Source: a virus
Taxonomy: Duplodnaviria > Caudoviricetes
IMG/VR virus record: IMGVR_UViG_3300020137_000002
Location: 1 to 52,521 of that record
Length of the DNA stretch: 52,521 nucleotides
Reading direction: 5' to 3' (one strand)
Both the position numbers and the translations under genes were made by a program. Shown here one piece after another: positions 18,961-26,937 of this stretch. The notes below the pieces were generated by a model. It saw nothing but the letters and a program-made list of their open reading frames with translations, was not told the DNA's origin and did not search any database. The stretch's first letter is position 1; each line of letters begins with the position of its first letter.

Positions 18961-19486
18961 GGTTCTCGTTCCGCCTGTCCATTTCCATCGCCGCCGTAGA
19001 CAACATGCCCATAAACTCGTCTGTAGCCTCGTCCGCGTCGATTCCCTGTGCAGTTAGCCAAGGCAAGAACGCCTCGAAGGCATCAGAGAACACCTGGACG
19101 ATTTCACGTTGACGAAGCATGTTAATTGACTGGATTTCTGAACCAGCCGCCCGTTGCTCCATCTTGTCCAACTGCTGAAGAGTGGTCTTGATGGCACTCA
19201 CCGATGCACTCAACAACGGAGCCTGGGACCGGGAGTCTGACGTGGTTTCCGCCAACATTCGCGCCCTGTCGCTCAGTTCTTGGAGGTCAATCAGCAACTT
19301 GGTACGACGCTGGTCTATCGTCAACGCATCCACCGACTCCAACTGCTCGTTGCGGATGCGGATAACCTCTTCAACCGTCAGTCCGGTTTCCTCTGCCAGT
19401 TCACGAGCACCCTTTGAGGTCATACCCCGCCAAATAGTGCGAACGTGGCGCGGGTCATCCTGAACAACGGCAAGGTCCTGTGTCAT
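18953..19486 (-). CDS. terminase small subunit
   Basis: HTH-like ARELAEETGLTVEEV; overlaps the TerL start; SD GAAGGAGG. Confidence 0.7.
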   Translation of the reverse strand: MTQDLAVVQDDPRHVRTIWRGMTSKGARELAEETGLTVEEVIRIRNEQLESVDALTIDQRRTKLLIDLQELSDRARMLAETTSDSRSQAPLLSASVSAIKTTLQQLDKMEQRAAGSEIQSINMLRQREIVQVFSDAFEAFLPWLTAQGIDADEATDEFMGMLSTAAMEMDRRNENRV

Positions 19487-19521
19487 GGCTCCTCCTTCCC
19501 CACCATTCTACCGTATACGAC

Positions 19522-19550
19522 AAAACCCCCGGCCACGTAGACCAGGGGGT
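19522..19550 (-). terminator. intrinsic terminator
   Basis: ACCCCC/GGGGGT stem with T-run on the minus strand. Confidence 0.6.
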
Positions 19551-19607
19551 GATGCCGTGTGACTAATTAGGACAGGCTGTCCTCACGGGTGTCTATGTCT
19601 CGAATAC

Positions 19608-19754
19608 TCATTTCCTTACCCCCCTTAGAACCAGTTCTAGTGCTTCCTCAATCTGGCGGACCCTGCCAGTCAGGAAATCCGGCCATTCATGCATGACCAC
19701 CGTAGGGCGGCCCTCGTACCACTCCACCACAAAGGAGTAATACTCACCGCCCAT
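19608..19754 (-). CDS. hypothetical protein (48 aa)
   Basis: ATG with SD GAAGGA, overlaps the upstream gene. Confidence 0.5.
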   Translation of the reverse strand: MGGEYYSFVVEWYEGRPTVVMHEWPDFLTGRVRQIEEALELVLRGVRK

Positions 19755-19917
19755 CACGCACTTCCTTCGCGTACAGACCATCTGCAATACGCCACAACTG
19801 CGCCAGCCTGCCCACCTCCTTAGGGGTAACCCCCGGTGCCTGACGAGCAAACCACCGGTAGTACGCCGCAATCTCGGCCTCCACCTCACTCAGCGTCATC
19901 GCCACGCCCTTAACCAT
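19744..19917 (-). CDS. hypothetical protein (57 aa)
   Basis: Hand-translated MVKGVAMTLSEVEAEIAAYYRWFARQ...; fills the operon gap with overlapping ends. Confidence 0.6.
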   Translation of the reverse strand: MVKGVAMTLSEVEAEIAAYYRWFARQAPGVTPKEVGRLAQLWRIADGLYAKEVRDGR

Positions 19918-20197
19918 GCTTCCTCACCTTCGCTAGCCTATCCGCCCGTTCCTGTCGCTGTTCCGGGGTTAACGTCCGCTTCGACCGAACCCCCCGCGCC
20001 GGGTCGTACCTGTCTACCGGGATGGTGAACGATGCCCACGGCTGACCCTCCACCACCCCTGAGGCCACCTCCACCACATCAGCCTTCTTACGGAAAGCGT
20101 TAATGTGCTTCGGGATGTTCGACCACACCCGCACCACGGAATCCGCCGCACACAAGTTCACGGTAGTTTCCCGCTCCTCATTCGTCCACTTGCTCAT
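19910..20197 (-). CDS. hypothetical phage protein
   Basis: EERETTV...KRTLTPEQRQERADRL; ATGA overlap; SD AAGGA. Confidence 0.7.
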   Translation of the reverse strand: MSKWTNEERETTVNLCAADSVVRVWSNIPKHINAFRKKADVVEVASGVVEGQPWASFTIPVDRYDPARGVRSKRTLTPEQRQERADRLAKVRKHG

Positions 20198-20406
20198 GCC
20201 ACATCCTTTCCCATCCACGGCGGCGGAGTGAGCGTATGCACTTCAAACTGCTCATCCCCCACCATCCATATCAACACGTTCCGGTCCGAGTCGTAACACA
20301 CCCGTGTAGCCTCTGACGGCAGGCCGTGTTGCTTGTTCCACGCATTCGCCAAAAACACATGAGGCGACGGCGCAATGTAGTTCACCGGCTTGAAATGAAT
20401 CACCAC
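20194..20406 (-). CDS. hypothetical protein
   Basis: 70 aa, overlaps both neighbours. Confidence 0.6.
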   Translation of the reverse strand: MVIHFKPVNYIAPSPHVFLANAWNKQHGLPSEATRVCYDSDRNVLIWMVGDEQFEVHTLTPPPWMGKDVA

Positions 20407-20927
20407 GTCACCTTCACCTTGTGCGACGGAGGACCCGTGAACACGTCAAACATGGATGCCACGGCAACGGCTTGGTCTGCTGACGCCCCGCAGGCCAATG
20501 CCCCCAATGCGTACGGAGCACCTGACCCCACAGCCCAGAACGGCTCCCCCACCCCCGTAACCGCAAAGTCCGAGCCGATGTACCCGGCAAGACCACTCAC
20601 CGAGAACAGCAGATGACTCTCACTCGTCTCCTGGGACTCCGAAACGTTCAGGTTCCCGCCGTCCCCTAGAACCTTCTGAATGGCCGGAATCACCTTCCCC
20701 ACCATCCACGCATACGGGTTTGCCTCGTCCGCCTTGGTCTGCTTCGGCATCTTCAACACGTACTGAAGCAGATTCAAGTCCCGAACTGACCCGGCAAGAC
20801 CAAACACCACCGGGCCGTTCTCAAACACCTTCACCACCCCCGGAATCGCCCGCGTCCCCCACGTTGCCTGCCCGTCTGACGCAAACGTCACCCCTCGCTT
20901 CGTCCGCTTCGCCACCACTGTCGTCAC
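20400..20927 (-). CDS. HslV/proteasome beta-subunit-like Ntn threonine peptidase
   Basis: GTG 20927 (SD GAAGGGAG) gives M-T1-T; D17, K32, GLAGS and AVGSGAPYALGAL motifs. Confidence 0.85.
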   Translation of the reverse strand: MTTVVAKRTKRGVTFASDGQATWGTRAIPGVVKVFENGPVVFGLAGSVRDLNLLQYVLKMPKQTKADEANPYAWMVGKVIPAIQKVLGDGGNLNVSESQETSESHLLFSVSGLAGYIGSDFAVTGVGEPFWAVGSGAPYALGALACGASADQAVAVASMFDVFTGPPSHKVKVTW

Positions 20928-20993
20928 TCCAACTCCCTTCACTCGGTAGACGACAAGACTATCCCCCTTTTAGGGCAAGAAGTCGTAAAGAAG

Positions 20994-21009
20994 GTAACGA
21001 TTCGGTAAC
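20994..21009 (-). promoter_or_regulatory. GTTAC-N6-GTTAC box upstream of -10 TAGTCT (20956-20961)
   Basis: Direct repeat with the same geometry as at the early promoters. Confidence 0.5.
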
Positions 21010-21011
21010 GG

Positions 21012-21320
21012 TTACTTGAGGGTGAGCAAGACGTACAAGCCCCCCAGGCCACCCACCACACCGGTGATAGACGACACCACCTGATACCACGGGCTACGGT
21101 GAGAGGACACCTCGGCCTTAAACTGATTCAACTCCCGGCCCAAAGACCCCACCCGGCTATCCACCGCCAGGTTCCGTTGCTCCCACTCATTACGACTCAC
21201 GGTGTCCTTGTGAAAGCCCTTCACCTCTTCCCGCAGTTCCTTCAACTGGTCCACCACGTTAGTCAATGTGGTCTCCACTCGGGTAAGGGTAATCCGGTCT
21301 TCGTCCATTAGGGGTTCCAT
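21012..21320 (-). CDS. coiled-coil protein with C-terminal membrane anchor
   Basis: Heptad pattern followed by a hydrophobic C-terminus. Confidence 0.65.
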   Translation of the reverse strand: MEPLMDEDRITLTRVETTLTNVVDQLKELREEVKGFHKDTVSRNEWEQRNLAVDSRVGSLGRELNQFKAEVSSHRSPWYQVVSSITGVVGGLGGLYVLLTLK

Positions 21321-21420
21321 GTGTCGTCTCAGCCAGGGGATAGATATGACGTTATTCTATCACGGCGGTTGGAGGGGCCTCTAGGGTTTTTGGCGAGTGA
21401 AAAATAATTTTTGGTCCAGG

Positions 21421-21460
21421 CTCTTGGCTTTGTGGTTTCCGACTCTTGGCTTTGTGGTTT
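21421..21460. repeat. 18-bp direct repeat CTCTTGGCTTTGTGGTTT x2
   Basis: Copies at 21421-21438 and 21443-21460. Confidence 0.9.
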
Positions 21461-21629
21461 GGTGTGATATTGATGCGGGTCCGCCGGAGGCCACTTTACC
21501 AACTCTTTACCAAAAAACGGGAATGTCTTTAACCTCCCCAATTCCTACCGAATTGCTAGGCATTCCGCCGCTCGCCCCGTGCGCGCGCCGCGCCGCTGTG
21601 AGCGCTCCCGACTTACCACGTGGTAGGTG

Positions 21630-21742
21630 CCTAACCAATCGTTCGGTTAGGGAACGCCGCTACCACTGAGCCGCGCGTATGCGCTCGCCTGTATGACCAT
21701 GCACGCCGCCACCTAACTAAACGTTCGGTTAGGGAACGCCGC
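21630..21742. repeat. 31-bp direct repeat with internal dyad CCTAAC...GTTAGG
   Basis: Copies at 21630-21660 and 21712-21742, 2 mismatches. Confidence 0.9.
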
Positions 21743-21997
21743 GAGCCTAACTGCTCGCCCGTGAGCCGCCGCCACGTATGCCCATGGGAGCCGCTGTACG
21801 GCCGTCTAAGCGCCTCAACCCCCGTTCTGGGGTCATCATCCATGGCCACGCGCGTTCGTGCGTTAGGGACGTTTGCCCTGGTATCTGGCCTAGTTACCAT
21901 GCGGTAATTATTACGATTCTGTAACGTTGTCAAGCTGTTCGGCGTGTCGGTTTGACGTGGCACTGGTGCGCGTACTCTCGCCCGCACGTCACGGACC

Positions 21998-22062
21998 GTT
22001 ACCGAACCGTGACCTAATCCGCCCGCTTTCGCGTTGACTTTCGCGGCCCATGCGCGTAGCAT
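21998..22062 (+). promoter_or_regulatory. sigmaA-type early promoter with upstream GTTAC-N6-GTGAC box
   Basis: TTGACT(22034)-17-TAGCAT(22057); ATG 6 nt later (leaderless). Confidence 0.75.
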
Positions 22063-22068
22063 GGCTCC

Positions 22069-22314
22069 ATGCTTACCGTTACGTTTGATAGTGAGGCGAC
22101 TGCCTCGCCCGACGCTGACCCAGACGAGCGGCGGATTCTCAACCGCGAGGAGCCCGCCTACATGGTGCGGCTGTGGCACGAGTCCGACGGAGTGCCCATC
22201 TACGGCGCCACGAACGCGGGCGGAACACGTATCTACGCAAGCCGCGCCGCAGCCGACCGCGCTGTCCGCATTCACAACGTCCTGGGAGGGTTCACGGAGG
22301 AGGCCGAACTGTGA
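22069..22314 (+). CDS. hypothetical early protein (leaderless)
   Basis: 81 aa directly after the promoter. Confidence 0.7.
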   Translation: MLTVTFDSEATASPDADPDERRILNREEPAYMVRLWHESDGVPIYGATNAGGTRIYASRAAADRAVRIHNVLGGFTEEAEL

Positions 22315-22610
22315 ACGCCGCACAACTTGAATACGCTCCCCCCGGTACAGTCATTCCTGTAAGGTGTGGGCCGAACGTGGAGGACTACGCGCTAGGCATC
22401 GATGGCGTGATGGCTGTCATCATTGACGATGAGGGTTACGGCTATGAGGTCATGTACGCCGATTCTGACCCGGAGTTTGTCACCAACTACGCCACGCAAG
22501 GTCCAGCGGTAGTGCTTGACTGGGAGGATGAGCAGGAACCCCGGACTATCGCCATTCTCCGACACGAGCGCGAACTGTACGCAGACTGTTTTGGGAGCGT
22601 CCCCAACTAG
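22311..22610 (+). CDS. hypothetical acidic protein
   Basis: GTGA overlap, SD GGAGG. Confidence 0.7.
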   Translation: MNAAQLEYAPPGTVIPVRCGPNVEDYALGIDGVMAVIIDDEGYGYEVMYADSDPEFVTNYATQGPAVVLDWEDEQEPRTIAILRHERELYADCFGSVPN

Positions 22611-22639
22611 CACCAACCTACAACCGAAAGGGATTCACC

Positions 22640-22792
22640 ATGGCAAAGTACACCACTCGCAAGACCGGCAGGGACGCAAAGCGCGCCACGATGGAGCTCG
22701 CCACCATCCGCCGCACCAAGCGCCAGGAGGCTCCTAGCCTCACCGACACGGCGCGCGCTATCGGCCTCAACGTGACGAGTGTGAGCGCATGA
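22640..22792 (+). CDS. small basic protein (50 aa)
   Basis: Hand-translated MAKYTTRKTGRDAKRATMELATIRRTKRQ...; SD GAAAGGG. Confidence 0.65.
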   Translation: MAKYTTRKTGRDAKRATMELATIRRTKRQEAPSLTDTARAIGLNVTSVSA

Positions 22793-22989
22793 GCACTCTC
22801 TACAGCGCTGTTGGCTTCACGTTAACGTTGAGGCTCGGCAATGACGCCATGCTGGATGCAATGGATGTCGCGGATGCTTTGCGTAGCGCTGCTGGCTGGC
22901 TGGAGGAGTACGCGGTTATGTCTCCCGGCGAGAGTGGCTCGCTTCTGGACCAGAACGGCAACCGTGTTGGCGGGTGGACTGTGTACTAG
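22789..22989 (+). CDS. hypothetical protein
   Basis: ATGA overlap; C-terminal LLDQNGNRVGGW motif. Confidence 0.7.
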   Translation: MSTLYSAVGFTLTLRLGNDAMLDAMDVADALRSAAGWLEEYAVMSPGESGSLLDQNGNRVGGWTVY

Positions 22990-22999
22990 TGCTAGTCCC

Positions 23000-23037
23000 C
23001 AACAGCCCTCCTGGTTCACGCACTGGGAGGGCTGTTG
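23000..23037 (+). terminator. strong hairpin, probable terminator
   Basis: CAACAGCCCTCC/GGAGGGCTGTTG 12-bp stem. Confidence 0.6.
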
Positions 23038-23078
23038 CCATGCCCATGCCGTTTCGACGTTCGAAAGGAGGGCACACC

Positions 23079-23159
23079 ATGCCTAGCGGCTTTCCACTGC
23101 TCCTAGCGGCGCTCGCTGTCGTGTTTGTGGCGCTTGCCTACGCTCATTCACGACACTGA
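23079..23159 (+). CDS. 26-aa single-pass membrane peptide
   Basis: MPSGFPLLLAALAVVFVALAYAHSRH; SD GAAAGGAGG. Confidence 0.5.
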   Translation: MPSGFPLLLAALAVVFVALAYAHSRH

Positions 23160-23384
23160 AAAACGCGTTCTAACGCGTCGAAAAAGGGGGAGGGTATCTA
23201 CCCTACCCGACCGGCTCAAAAGTCCGCCTATGACCCCTCCTAGGGCCTGTGGGGGCACTTTGAGGGTTAGGACTGGGAAGCACGCCACCTACCGGTTAGG
23301 GTTGAGCCTCAGATTACGGCTCCCGACTAAAGGGGCCAAAGACAGCCCTCCCAGCCCCTCAGACTTACCAGATTGACGACTCAC

Positions 23385-23643
23385 GTCAGAATCCTAAGAG
23401 ACACCCCCTCTATACATAACATGACAATAATAGAAAAGAAACATAATAATCATTATATTAGGTTGAATCACGTATAGGGGGTACCCCAACGCCGAAACTA
23501 AAACCCCTGGTAGATTGATTTTGACTCTTAGGATTTTGACCGGGACCCCGGATTTTTCTACAATGTCAACATGAGTATGACCCCGTTATCATTCCCATGT
23601 TGCAATCCGTTAACGAAACGTTTCGCAGTCAAAATGCTAAGAA
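23385..23643. other. candidate replication origin
   Basis: AT-rich core ~23411-23470 flanked by inverted 16-mers (23385-23400, 23525-23540) and a third copy (23628-23643); non-coding. Confidence 0.55.
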
Positions 23644-23717
23644 TCGGCCCTCTCCCAATTCTACGAGTGCAACCCCTCCTTTTGACCGGTCAGTACCGCC
23701 TAGGAGCCACCGCCACC

Positions 23718-23772
23718 GTTACCAAACCGTTACCATTGAGGGCTTGCATCCACGGGGCTAGGGGAGTACCGT
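23718..23772 (+). promoter_or_regulatory. early promoter with GTTAC-N6-GTTAC box
   Basis: TTGCAT(23744)-17-TACCGT(23767). Confidence 0.65.
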
Positions 23773-23808
23773 AGGGGTAGAAAGCAACCGAACGAAAGGA
23801 GCGTTACC

Positions 23809-24021
23809 ATGACCAACCCGGATGAATTGATGACCCGTGCGGACTCGCTGAGCGCGGGGGCTCGCGTGTACACTCACGGCGGTGAGGCGGCGGCCCTGTT
23901 TAGGCAGGCGGCCTCTCTCTACCGGGAGCGCGCTGTGACCACGGGCAACACGGTGGATGCCTACCGCGCCACGGTTGCCGAAGAGCGGGCAAACTGGGCT
24001 GAGGGGGAGGCCCGCTCGTGA
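23809..24021 (+). CDS. hypothetical protein
   Basis: SD GAAAGGAG, 70 aa. Confidence 0.7.
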   Translation: MTNPDELMTRADSLSAGARVYTHGGEAAALFRQAASLYRERAVTTGNTVDAYRATVAEERANWAEGEARS

Positions 24022-24317
24022 GCGCCGAAAATCTGACCCTGGCAGAGTTCAGCGCGTTTGACGTGGCCTGGGCCGCTGAGCCGCTCAAAATCCTCAATCG
24101 GGTGTGGGATGAGATTCACGCCCAAAATCCGTTTCGGGGAGAAGCCCCAACCCGGCTCACGGACGCGGGGGAGGCGTGGTTGGCTGACGTGGTGGAGCGG
24201 ATGCGCTCCTGGGAAAATTGGGAGGCTGAGGCGGCGGCCCGCGAGTTTGTTAAGGAGATGGGCCTGCTGACCGTCACGTACGCCGGTAGGCTTGCACGAA
24301 AGGAGGTGGCGCGGTGA
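24018..24317 (+). CDS. hypothetical protein
   Basis: GTGA overlap, SD GGAGG. Confidence 0.7.
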   Translation: MSAENLTLAEFSAFDVAWAAEPLKILNRVWDEIHAQNPFRGEAPTRLTDAGEAWLADVVERMRSWENWEAEAAAREFVKEMGLLTVTYAGRLARKEVAR

Positions 24318-24484
24318 ACCGGAGGATGCTGGGGCGCGGGTGCCCTGTTGGGCCGGGGGGTCGGGATTGTGTGTGCTGTGGACAGCCGCCGGGGGTGGCG
24401 CGTCGGGAGGCGCGGCGGGTTGCGAAGCGCCGCGACCGTCGGGGGTGGATGCGTGAGGCTGAGACTCAGAGGCAGGAGGGTTGA
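24314..24484 (+). CDS. small Cys/Arg-rich protein (56 aa)
   Basis: Hand-translated MNRRMLGRGCPVGPGGRDCVCCGQPPG...; SD AAGGAGG. Confidence 0.65.
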   Translation: MNRRMLGRGCPVGPGGRDCVCCGQPPGVARREARRVAKRRDRRGWMREAETQRQEG

Positions 24485-24485
24485 C

Positions 24486-24872
24486 ATGAAAAACCCAATT
24501 GTGGAGGTGGCGCGCTGGTGCGGGGAACCGGCAGAGGTGCTGTTCCAACTAGGGCGGCTGTGGACGGAGCATCAGAGTCCACTGAGCGGCTCATTCCCGA
24601 TGGAGTTCCAGGATTCGGGAGGGCCGCTGAGTTTGACCGATGCACTGACCACGGGGGAGGACAGCGCGTACTGGGACATGGTGCTCGCGTTGTGGGCGTC
24701 CCAGGCCGGGGCGGAATGGGGTGACCCGGACAGCGAGCAGGTGCAAGCCATGGCCGTTCGGTGGCAGGAGGGGGACTGCCCTCCGTGGTATGACCCGTGG
24801 CAGGCCATGGAGCACATTCGATTTGCCACCCGCGTGGTGGAGCGCTGGTACCGTAACCAAAATGTGACTTAG
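24486..24872 (+). CDS. hypothetical protein
   Basis: ATG 24486 with SD AGGAGG. Confidence 0.7.
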   Translation: MKNPIVEVARWCGEPAEVLFQLGRLWTEHQSPLSGSFPMEFQDSGGPLSLTDALTTGEDSAYWDMVLALWASQAGAEWGDPDSEQVQAMAVRWQEGDCPPWYDPWQAMEHIRFATRVVERWYRNQNVT

Positions 24873-24906
24873 ACGGGTTGACACAGCCGGGGGGAGGGGG
24901 CATAAT
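24853..24906 (+). promoter_or_regulatory. near-consensus sigmaA promoter with GTAAC-N6-GTGAC box
   Basis: TTGACA(24878)-17-CATAAT(24901). Confidence 0.85.
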
Positions 24907-24944
24907 GGATTCATCAGCGGGGGATACGAGAGAGGAGTTCACAC

Positions 24945-25508
24945 ATGATTTTGAGCGACGCACTTAAGGCCGTGGCACCGCACCTGGCACCGGCAAAGAG
25001 CCTCACTTCGGTGCTCACAGGGGTGCTCATCCGTGACGGGTACGCATGGGCCACTGACCGGTTCACGGTGGCGCGGGCACGTATCGATTCTGGGCTGACC
25101 GTCCCCGAGGGGGTGGAGGTGTGGCTGTCTCCCGAGGACGTGAAGGCCGGAGTGGCAAGCATCACCCACAGCGAGCGGGCCGGATTTGACCTTACACTGG
25201 TAAACGGCGGTGTGAAGACAGTGACCGGCGTGTCTGACGACGGGAGCACGTACCCGGCGGTGGAAAACCTGTTCTCCCGGTTTGTGCCTGCCGAAGAGGG
25301 GCACGCGCCGAACATCGTCCGCTTTAACCCGGAGTTGCTGGCACGTTTCGCGGCCTCGCACTTCCCTGGTGGCAAGCGGATTCACGGCTCGCAGTCCATG
25401 GTGTTGGAGTTTCAGTCAGACCCTCACAAGTCCGTTAGGGTGACGCGCGGCGGCATTAAGGCTGACGAGTTCGCGGCGCTGGTCATGCCAATGAAGGAGG
25501 TGAACTGA
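24945..25508 (+). CDS. truncated beta sliding clamp (DnaN)-like protein
   Basis: LTGVLI...ATDRF, YPAVENLF, FNPELL and ALVMPMK motifs; 187 aa. Confidence 0.7.
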   Translation: MILSDALKAVAPHLAPAKSLTSVLTGVLIRDGYAWATDRFTVARARIDSGLTVPEGVEVWLSPEDVKAGVASITHSERAGFDLTLVNGGVKTVTGVSDDGSTYPAVENLFSRFVPAEEGHAPNIVRFNPELLARFAASHFPGGKRIHGSQSMVLEFQSDPHKSVRVTRGGIKADEFAALVMPMKEVN

Positions 25509-26293
25509 TGATTAAGGGGATGACTGCTCAGAGCCTGGGACAGGGGGATAAGGTGCGGCTTGCGGGGGACGAATACGGGGACTTCACGGGGGACGTGGTG
25601 ACGGTGGCAAGCGTTACCCCCAGTAGCGGTTTTGTGAACTTCATCACCAATTCGGGTTACAGCATTTCCTCCTCGTTTGAGGAACTGCAAAAAGACGGCT
25701 ACCGGGTTGTGCCGGTGGTGATTGCGGGGAAAAACGTGGCGGATGTTGCGTATCATGAGCGCGGCAACATCGTGGTGCGCTTCGAGGATGGGGAAGAGTG
25801 GCTGTGGCGTTTGGATACCGCAGGCTACCCGGAGGGGAAGTGGGAGCGGGGACGTACTCGCCTCACGTCGGATGATTTCTACCGGCGGTTGGATTCCAGG
25901 GGGCGGCACTGGGAGGCCAAAATCGACAGCGGCGTGAACCCCCTGCTGACAAAGTATCTCACCCTGTACTCATACGTGAGCCGGGACGGGAACAGCGTGC
26001 TCAACCTGGATTCGGACGCGGAAAACATCACGACGTTTACCGTGGTGGAGGGCGTTGTGGTCACGGAGCAGGTTAACGGCGTGGAATGGGAAGAGGTTGT
26101 TAACCCGGTACAGCGGTTGCGTGACGTGCTGAAAGAGCAGGGGAACGCCACGGCACGGTACCTGCTGGACGCACCGGAGGACGTTTTTGAGGCCGCGTTT
26201 GAGGAGCAACTGTTCGACCTGGGAGGAGGGAATACTGCCGTGATTCCAGGGTTCCTCACCGCATCCCACACACCGGTAGAGGTGTCAGTGTGA
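25508..26293 (+). CDS. hypothetical protein
   Basis: 261 aa, SD AAGGAGG, TGATG coupling. Confidence 0.75.
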   Translation: MIKGMTAQSLGQGDKVRLAGDEYGDFTGDVVTVASVTPSSGFVNFITNSGYSISSSFEELQKDGYRVVPVVIAGKNVADVAYHERGNIVVRFEDGEEWLWRLDTAGYPEGKWERGRTRLTSDDFYRRLDSRGRHWEAKIDSGVNPLLTKYLTLYSYVSRDGNSVLNLDSDAENITTFTVVEGVVVTEQVNGVEWEEVVNPVQRLRDVLKEQGNATARYLLDAPEDVFEAAFEEQLFDLGGGNTAVIPGFLTASHTPVEVSV

Positions 26294-26487
26294 TGCTTCA
26301 CGATGCATCGAACCCGCGTCAGGGGCTGAACCTCCTACCTGGTGCCCCTGTGATGCTTCCCGGTGTCACCCCCCCGCCGGTGAGGGTTGACACATGCGAA
26401 TGTGGGGCTAGACTGAGCAGGTACAATCCGGGGGGCGTGTGTGGGCCGTGCGAACGCAAGAGAAGGGAGTTGCTGTGCAAGAGGTGA
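26290..26487 (+). CDS. small zinc-finger-like protein
   Basis: CECGARLSRYNPGGVCGPC. Confidence 0.6.
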   Translation: MMLHDASNPRQGLNLLPGAPVMLPGVTPPPVRVDTCECGARLSRYNPGGVCGPCERKRRELLCKR

Positions 26488-26708
26488 TGAATCGGTGCTC
26501 GTGTGGCGGGCCGATGGTGGGGTACCCGAATGGCAAGGGGGAGCGGTGCTACCACTGTGATGTGGCGGTGAGCGTCCCTACCGGGGTGTTCCTGCCTAAC
26601 GGGGAGGAACTGTGCGAAACGGCGTGTGGTGCCGGTGTAGTCAACGGCTCCACAACCGGTGAGTGCGAGATGTGTGTAGCGCTCATGGCTGAGGACAGGG
26701 GGGCGTGA
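26487..26708 (+). CDS. small Cys-rich protein
   Basis: Four Cys pairs; SD GAGG. Confidence 0.6.
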   Translation: MNRCSCGGPMVGYPNGKGERCYHCDVAVSVPTGVFLPNGEELCETACGAGVVNGSTTGECEMCVALMAEDRGA

Positions 26709-26709
26709 C

Positions 26710-26937
26710 GTGGCAGGGGCAGTAGAATGGCGAAACGGCCTGGGACAGTCACAGTGGCAACCCATCCTTAACAATGGCAAGCGGATGTACATCACTTCCC
26801 TGGGCGGTATCGTGTGGGTGGAGGGGCTTTTGTCAGAAGCACACAAGCCCGCCCTCCTAGACGGGAAGAGCGGGGCGGTGGCGATTGCCCAGGAGTGGGA
26901 AAATCATCTGCTCCACGTGTTTCATGAGGTGATGTGA
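26710..26937 (+). CDS. hypothetical protein
   Basis: Tight operon packing. Confidence 0.6.
   Translation: MAGAVEWRNGLGQSQWQPILNNGKRMYITSLGGIVWVEGLLSEAHKPALLDGKSGAVAIAQEWENHLLHVFHEVM

Noticed and set aside
21630-21742. Mini CRISPR array from the 31-bp repeats
   Set aside because: Only two copies, a 51-bp spacer and no cas context.
21952-21978. Promoter TTGACG...TACTCT
   Set aside because: 15-bp spacer; a better 17-bp promoter lies just downstream.
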